This document shows positions 56,193 to 64,000 of a DNA stretch of 64,000 bases, piece after piece. Each line of letters opens with the position of its first letter. The stretch's first letter is position 1. Position numbers and translations under genes: made by a program. The notes beneath the pieces were generated by a model. That model did not search any database, was not told where the DNA came from, and was given only the letters and a program-made list of their open reading frames with translations. The stretch is from Eledone cirrhosa (Eukaryota): the NCBI GenBank assembly GCA_964016885.1, contig OZ024742.1, positions 65,224,001 to 65,288,000 of the forward strand, read 5' to 3'.

Positions 56193-56887
56193 TATCTTCC
56201 ATGTGAATAATATATATCTTTGGGTTGCTTCCCTTTATGCTCTTCTTCTTCTTCTTCGCCCAGAAGCAACCTTCTCAAAATTGTGACGAAAAAATACCGA
56301 GTATAGGTGCAATAATAGCGGACTTTTCCTTCTTTTCGACCATCCTCAACTTCAGGGGTTATGTACAGGGAGAACATTTTTTAGTATGATCGGGAAAATT
56401 TTTTAGTATGATTTCAGTGAATTGTATGGGTCACTACATATTTTAAAGGGGGCCCGGAAATTGAGTCTGCAGATTTGTAAATTAACCCTCCCCCTACTCC
56501 AATTGATCCGGCTGGATCCCTTTAGATGTTAATTAACCATCTTGCTCGGGATCTACCGCTGTGTCTCCTGTTGGTTGGTTTTACCTGTTGTATTGTCCAA
56601 ATATATATACCTTTGTATATGCATAATTATTTCTGGGCAGCGAATTGACAGAGTCGTTAGAACGTCAAATAGAATGCATTGCAGCATTCGTGCCAGGCCT
56701 CTGTGCACTCTGAGTTTAAATCATGCTGAAATCATCTTTGTCTTTCATCTTTTTGAGGTAGATAAAAAAAACAACAACTGTGTTTAGACCTGAAGAGAGG
56801 TAGGCTCTGCCAGGTTTAAAATGCCCTCAAAACGTCGTATGTCACTACAGCGCCTCTGCGACTATATATTTGCAAATTACATATATA

Positions 56888-57823
56888 TTTGCAAATTCTA
56901 GCCGACTAATTTTATACGTGCCAGTCGTGATACTTCCTACTTGGCTGCGCATGTCAATTCTGTTCATGAAAATAACGAAAAGGAGAGGTGTCAGGACGCA
57001 CCCTTGTCGGAGTCTGACTTCCACTTTGAATGGTTTCGATTTAGCACCAATTATCCGAACAACATGGTGTTACTTAACTCGACAGAAGGTGATCCGACTT
57101 GCACTTGATAGGTTTGATGCCGAGTGCTGCATGGCTGGAATGAAAATCAGAGCTTCGAACACTGTGACTCTTCCTCTCAAACAAGCCTGCGCAGTGCACT
57201 CTACATGTGAATGGTATTCCACAGAAGCAGGTGTAGAAGTTCAAGTATCACGGGACCGTGTTCACGAGTGATGGAAGGTATGAAGCTGAATTAACTGCAA
57301 GAATTGCAGGAGCTTGTGCAGTAATGCGCCAACTTCAGCATTCGATAATCAGAAGAAGGGAGGTGGGTGTAAAAGCCAATTCGCTGTCTTTAATTCAGTA
57401 TTTGTGCCAACCCTTACCTATAATCATGAATCTTGGGGTAATGAACGAAAGAATACGATTGCGAATATAAGCGGCCGAAATGGGTTCCACCGAAGGGTCT
57501 TTGGAGTAACGATACTCGGAGATCAGAAAGTCGCTACTTCTCCGGATTGAGAGATCACAATTCGGACCCTATGGGCATGTGGTTAATATGTCTCAGGAAA
57601 GAATCGTTGGGCAGATTTTACGGGCAAAACCAACCAACAGGAGACCCAACGGTAGACTCCGAGCAAGATGGTTAGATAACTATCCATGAGCTTGGCTGGT
57701 CTCTCTTGGGAAGCCAGCCGGATCAGTTGGTGACGGTTGCTTCCTACAGGACCCGCTGAAAGGAATGTTTGAGGACTCATCTCCCACGACCCTCTCAGCA
57801 ATAAGTGAGCGAATAAGAAGAAA
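56888..57823 (+). mobile_element. RTE LINE 3' copy with inverted 5' segment
   Basis: Minus 57063->56888 encodes VR..LRQGCVLTPLLFVIFM...RLEFAN; plus from ~57065 continues VLL...LALDRF..EC..GMKI..FKY.G to a (GAA)n tail. Confidence 0.8.
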
Positions 57824-58490
57824 ACATATATAGTTGTTAAGTGTGTAACATTAGTTACAGATGGTGCACTAGTTTGAGGTCTAACTTTTGTGGTGGCTTT
57901 TTACACATTTATTACCAACGGTTATTAGCAGCTGTAACATACAGAGTCTTAAAAATAAGTAGGCTGAAACAAAGAATCAAGATTGTATCTCATACATATT
58001 TTATTCAAACATGACACATGCATCGTTATCGATCAGCTCAAGGTACGATCGATCACAATCGGACCCGACTTTGCAATCGATAGCTCCTCAGATATATGAG
58101 TTTTAATGTGTAAATGCTTACGCCCAAATGGGAATGAAAAGGCTAAGCCAACCTTTTTGTATATGTAGCTTAGAGTGGATGGGGTCTTTTTTGCTGGCGC
58201 AGCTGCAACCACACAAAGAAGAAGAAAAACATTAACATAAATACAATTAGGTGTAGATAAGTAAATAAAATTATTGAAGAAAGTGAATGAGACGGGTGGA
58301 CTACTCGGGTTCGTAGATAAATTGACCATAGAAATCAGACATAATCGTATGGCGGCGTCAGAGTTGTTGAAAGTATCTTATTATCAGGTCAATCTGTGGC
58401 AGTTATCAATGTGTAGTGTCAAGTCTATCAAACCTTTTTGAGTTTCAGTGGTGGGGTAGTAACAATAACATAAACCAGGGCTCTGACCAT

Positions 58491-58855
58491 AGGTCAGTGT
58501 TATCGAAGACAGCGGCAGCAATGCCAACACACACACAACGTCACCACCACCACCACCAACATTAACTAGGACCCCGAGCAAAGGTCAGTGTTACCGAAGA
58601 CAGCGGCAGCAACACCAACACCCACAACATCACCACCACCACCACCACCACCACCACCACCATCAACATTAACTAGGACTCCGACCACAGGTCAGTGTTA
58701 CCGAAGACAGCGGCAGCAACACCAACACCCACAACATCACCACCACCACCACCACCACCATCAACATTAACTAGGACTCCGACCACAGGTCAGTGTTACC
58801 GAAGACAGCGGCAGCAACACCAACACCCACAACACCAACACCCACAACATCAGCA
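58491..58855. repeat. ~92-107 bp minisatellite x4 with variable (CAC)n core
   Basis: aggtcagtgttaYcgaagacagcggcagcaa starts near 58491, 58582, 58689 and 58787. Confidence 0.9.
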
Positions 58856-59261
58856 CCACCATCATCAGCACCAACTACAACAGCAACGACAATAGCTGGG
58901 GCATGGCTATTTATTGCTAATTACCTGAATAATGAGCAGAGCAGTGAGCCGATGGAGACGGTGACGAGAGGAGAGATTAACAAGAGTAACAACAGTAACA
59001 ACAAACAGCAACAAACGAGACAATAACAATGGCAACAATTATAACCCTCATCACCGATACCATTGCCATGCTTCCAACTAGGTTGTTGGTGGCACGACAG
59101 CACCATCTACGACCATGTTAGCAGTTGTGGTGGGCAAGTGCCTGATATTAATGTATGGAAATTAAATCAAAAGGGACAGCGATAGATTGTGTCGGGGGCA
59201 TGCATGAATGATTGTGCAACTGCTTGTGTATAGATAAAAATAGTATTGTTGTTGTTGTCGT

Positions 59262-59600
59262 TCTTCTTCTTCTTCTTCTTCTTCTTCTTCTCCCACATAT
59301 GCATTAGAGTGTCGTGAGGACAGAGTACTCAGACACGCCTTCCAGTGACTCCTATCGGAAGCAACCATTTCCAAACGATCCGGCTGTATCTCCAAGTGAG
59401 ATCAGCCGAGGTTGTGGATGTTATTCAGCCATCTTATCCGTCATCTACCGCAGGATCTCTTGCCAGCTGGCTTTGCACATAAAATCCGTCCTGCGTCCTT
59501 TCCTTTGACATCCTAGCCACATGTTCGTAGTACCGGAGCTGAGACCTCTCTATGTGGTGCTTCCCTAATGATCTCATAATAAATCTGAAACACATCCAAA
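59262..59600 (-). mobile_element. RTE LINE 3' remnant, third family, with (GAA)n tail
   Basis: ..LRYYEHVARM....R.TA....TSADLTW...A.DRSHW.. C-terminal pattern. Confidence 0.6.
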
Positions 59601-60304
59601 GATGCACCCTGAGCTAGCCAGAAAAAAAAAAAAAAAAAAAAAAAATGAAAGTAATATTAATCCTACCTAATACTGTTTTCTCTCATTCCATATTTATTCC
59701 TAGTTAGTTTAATATACCAGACATAAAATATGTGAACGCTAACTCAAGTATTTATTTCAATGTATTTGAAACAACTAGTCATCTTGAAGTAGAATGCCAG
59801 AGAATATATTATATATAACCTGAATTTTTCTGAATGTTTCTAATACCTGTCTCCGTATAATCTCGCCGACCTGCCAGTGAGAATAACTTATATGTTGGAG
59901 TCACAAGTGGGTTAGCTAATTTGTCTATTGGTGTTAGTTTCACAACTGCTGAACATTTTCTTTACACCAACTACTCCACGGGAAACTAAAATATTAACTG
60001 AAACGAGCAAGTTTGTCGTAAGACGGATACATCTTGTAGCTAAGAGTGAAAATAACTGACTTGTCCCCGCTCCCTCTAAACAACAACAACAACAACAAAC
60101 AAACCAACCAAAAACTACAGCCCACTGCTTGCCTAAACATTATGTATAAATAAACTTCATGAATTATCGAACCACTGGGAGTGTTTGAAATTTGAAAATG
60201 TGATAGGCCCAAAAGCAGAAAATAACTATTAATAACTGTTGATTACTATAAATATTTGAGAAATTTGAGTAATTTACCCAGTTTCCTCAACCATTATTAC
60301 AGTT

Positions 60305-60484
60305 GATTGGCAGTATCGGTAGAGGGTCGGACGCCATGCTTTCCAGCATAGTTACGTCCCTTTACGATCTGAGTTCAAATCCCGCCGAGGTTGACTTTGC
60401 CTTTCATCCTTACGGGGTCGATAAAATAAAGTACCAGTAATGCACTGGATAATTGCTGGCCTTGTGCCTAAAGTAGAAACAATT
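60305..60484 (+). mobile_element. SINE family A, near full length
   Basis: Nearly identical to 27620-27800; perfect 12-bp TSD attattacagtt (60293-304, 60482-493). Confidence 0.92.
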
Positions 60485-61399
60485 ATTACAGTTATCTTCT
60501 ATGTATAAAGAGAGCATAACCTTTATGCAAGCTGTCTCAACCAATTCATCCAAGACTATTGTGTGTGCAGGTAGGTGGAAAGAAAGGAGTATGGAGATTT
60601 GCCGAATAATTTTTAATAAATATAGCTGTGCTGGCTTATGTAAGAAAATGCATCAGAAGCCGCATGATCACACTCAGGCCTTCGATTCTATTCCTTACTG
60701 ATGTCTCCTCTAGTTACTCTAGTCCAAAGGTTCTCAATCCATTTTGGCTAAACACCCCCTTTTGCCCCTCGAAATCACAAAACGCCCCCCTACCCTATTT
60801 TTCCATTTTTCAATATACTACTGATTTTGATATCAGTAGATTACTGGGCCAAATCAAGTTATCTTAGATTCTTTAAAAAATACTCGTACGAATTAAATAC
60901 AAAAAAGTTTCAGTCCAAAACAAAAGAAAGCTATTTCAAATTATATATTTTTGAAATAAAAAAAAAACATTTGATCTCAGTCGAAAAAGCTTTTTTTTTT
61001 TTTAAATTCTATATTTCACTGTTAGCTGTTGTAATATTTTGAGTGGATAGACAATTGAAACTGCAAAGTCAAAATACAAAAGATGCAAAATATGAAGAAT
61101 TTCTTACCTTTCTCTGAAATCACAAACTCAGGGGAAAAATTTTACCTTGCAAAATAATATACCTCGTAGCAAAATAAGTAGTAAGGAATGAATTGAGAAG
61201 CTTGGTGACTGAGAAAGCAATATTTTTATCCCTTATATATAAACATAGATACACACACACACACACACACATATATATACATACACACACACAAACTTGT
61301 GCGTGTGTGTGCCTTGGTACAGAAAGAATTTTTTCTACAGTTGTTTATTGCCAGGTCAAAGGCCACAGCTCTTTTCAACAACGCCAAATAACAACGCTC

Positions 61400-61433
<34 letters not shown>

Positions 61434-61618
61434 AATGAAGAGAGAAAGAGGGAGGGACAGAGAGAGTAAGAAATGTGTGTGTGTTTGGTACACGTCTATC
61501 TATCTATCTATCTATCTATTTATCTCCAACAGGGGGCTCACACATGCGGCCCGCGAACTACTTATCTGTGGCCCGTGGTAGAACCAATATTTCATATCGC
61601 ATTATAACTGGTGAAAAT

Positions 61619-61834
61619 AAGGCGGCGAGCTGGTGGAATCGTTAACACATCTGGCGAAATGCTTAACGGTACTTCTTCCGTTTTTACGTTCTGAGTTCAA
61701 ATTCCGCCGATCTCAACTTTGCCTTACATCCTTTTGGGGTCGATGAATTAAGTACCAGTTGTGTACTAGGATCGATGCAATCGACTGAACTCTAAACCCC
61801 AAATTTCATGCCTTGTTCCTATAGTAGAAATGAT
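61619..61834 (+). mobile_element. SINE family A, long subfamily
   Basis: A and B boxes, core, tail; perfect 18-bp TSD attataactggtgaaaat (61601-18, 61833-50). Confidence 0.9.
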
Positions 61835-61935
61835 TATAACTGGTGAAAATTTTCACCCACCACCACGTTTGGCTCACTGTGCCTCTCCTCCGGGACGTAA
61901 TAGCCCTTTTGTGTCCTTGAGTTTGAGACCCCTCT

Positions 61936-61984
<49 letters not shown>

Positions 61985-62237
61985 TTTACTTTTTTCTGTC
62001 TCTGGACTACGACCATGCTGGAGCATCACCTTGGTAAGTTATGGAGACATCAACAAACCAACAAGCATTGGTGGGAGGGCAAACACAAACGCAAAGACAC
62101 ACACAGACATATATACAGATATACGACGGGCTTCTTTTAGTTTCGATTTATCAAATCCACTCACAGGGCTTTGGTCGGCTTGGGCAGTGGGACTGAACCC
62201 GGAAATATGTGGTTGGGAAACAAGCTTCTTGTCACAC

Positions 62238-62306
<69 letters not shown>

Positions 62307-62360
62307 ATTTCTAGAGAATGAAACAGTTCTAGTCCTGTAGAATCTCATCTATATTAAAAC

Positions 62361-62397
<37 letters not shown>

Positions 62398-62559
62398 ATA
62401 ATATATATATTATACACACACACATATATATAACCTTACACACTTAAATATAAATGCATGTATATATATACAAATGTATAAATGCATAGCTATATACATA
62501 CGTAAATGTATGTATGTATATATGTATGTATGTTGGTGCTACTGGTAACATGTATCCCA

Positions 62560-63130
62560 GTACAACCTGTCTCATGGTCGGGTCGTTGGCGACTAAACTG
62601 GCAACCCCACCAAGGTTTCTTGGTGAGGAGGGTGACTTTGGACATCCTGCAGGACTAAAAACAAAACCTGTCAAAGGGCAAAGGAGCTCTTAAGCGTCAA
62701 TGGCAATCCAAAATCACCGGGAGAGATGACCCCTTAGCCTTTGTCAAGGCAGAATTCTAGGAGAAGGAAAACTCTGATATAACACCTGCAGCCCTGATGG
62801 TGTATCCAATGATGTTGACTTGTTCTTCTTTTTGGTAAATATCATCTTGGTTAAGAGAATGGGACTGGCTTTGTGCAGTGCCTTTGCTCACTATAAAAGC
62901 TTCACGGCACAGGCATTGCTTTATATCTGGAGATCTCTCTGCAGTTGTCGTCACATGGTACCATGGGCCCAGCACTATGTGTCAATAATTGTCACAAGTG
63001 TAGTGTTTGTACCAGAGTTTTCACGTCGCTGGCTGGACTAAAAAGTCACTCGTTCAGCGCATCGGTAAGGGTTCTCCTACATGGATTTAAAGTAGTGGCC
63101 GTACTCGAAAACGAGTTAGCAGCCACCATG
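62560..63130 (+). mobile_element. Internally deleted (bipartite) RTE-like element
   Basis: RTE-like 5' motifs (ggcaatcc..ctaggagaaggaaaactctga) joined to a C-terminal WRSLC...CSVCTRVFTSLAGLKSH C2H2-like segment. Confidence 0.5.
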
Positions 63131-63163
63131 TAGATTTATATATATATATGTATGTATGTAGAT

Positions 63164-63198
<35 letters not shown>

Positions 63199-63232
63199 TA
63201 TATATATACATATAAATCTACATTCATACATA

Positions 63233-63267
<35 letters not shown>

Positions 63268-63332
63268 AGATTTATATGTATATATATACACATATATATA
63301 TATATATATAAATATATGTATGTATGTAGATT

Positions 63333-63364
<32 letters not shown>

Positions 63365-63530
63365 TGTATGTATGTATGTATGTATGTATGTATGTATGTA
63401 TGTATGTATATTTATATATATATGTATGTAGATTTATATATATATATATAAATTTACATACATACATACATTTACGTATGTATATAGCTATGCATTTATA
63501 CATTTGTATATATATACATACATTTATATT
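63130..63530. repeat. Compound (TA)/(TATG)n microsatellite
   Basis: Directly visible. Confidence 0.9.
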
Positions 63531-64000
63531 TAAGTGTGTAAGGATGTTGATACGATCTATGTCTCTTTTTTGGTAAGGAGAACATTTTCGTCGCCAGATT
63601 TTATTACCTAGGGAGTTTAAATACCACACTTCGGGTTGAAAACTGACCAGGTTCTCAACTTCATCAAACACTAACGCCGGCCTGTGTGTGTATATATATA
63701 TATGTGTGTGTGTGTATGTATGCGTATATATGTGTGTGTGTATGTCCACCACCATTGCTTCTTCTTGTCATTTCTGTTGAAGTAGTCCTTACTTTCACTC
63801 ACTTTGATTTCTTTTGATTTTCTTTTATCTCCCTAGGGAATTAATTTATTTTCTTTGTTTTCTTTATTCAAATCACTGACTGTCTAAGAGACGTACAAAT
63901 ATGGCTTATAAAGCTTACCAAACTAAAAGGGCTTCTAGCGCCCTCAAAGTTTCAAACGCCCCCCCCCCCCCCCCCCCCCCCCCCCCGTTGAGAACCTTTA

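Noticed and set aside
58588-59026. Pro/His-rich ORFs
   Set aside because: Minisatellite with (CAC)n; unit lengths shift frame and no splice or coding evidence.

Overview
AT-rich, repeat-saturated eukaryotic DNA; the SINE, MITE and microsatellite content suggests a cephalopod such as Octopus (inference only). No host protein-coding gene can be supported. The only intact coding unit is a ~6 kb full-length Tx1/L1-clade non-LTR retrotransposon (minus strand, ~44776-50811; ORF1 with CCHC knuckle, ORF2 APE-RT-zinc finger) sitting in the (ATT)n tail of a SINE. Its 3' end resembles the 3' end of the most abundant SINE family here, whose target duplications all start with ATTAT; this suggests an ATT-targeting LINE/SINE pair that builds head-to-tail SINE stacks. 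One such stack ends in a 54 x 48-bp satellite made from the SINE A-box head. A second SINE family shares its 3' tail with an RTE LINE. The window also holds several type I hammerhead-ribozyme-like motifs, some with 90-105 nt stem II and some inside fold-back inverted repeats. Other content: RTE, CR1-like, RLE-type and Penelope-like remnants, hAT/Tigger/piggyBac-like MITEs, a non-autonomous Helitron, and kb-scale TA microsatellites. All calls were made by eye; boundaries of degraded repeats are approximate.
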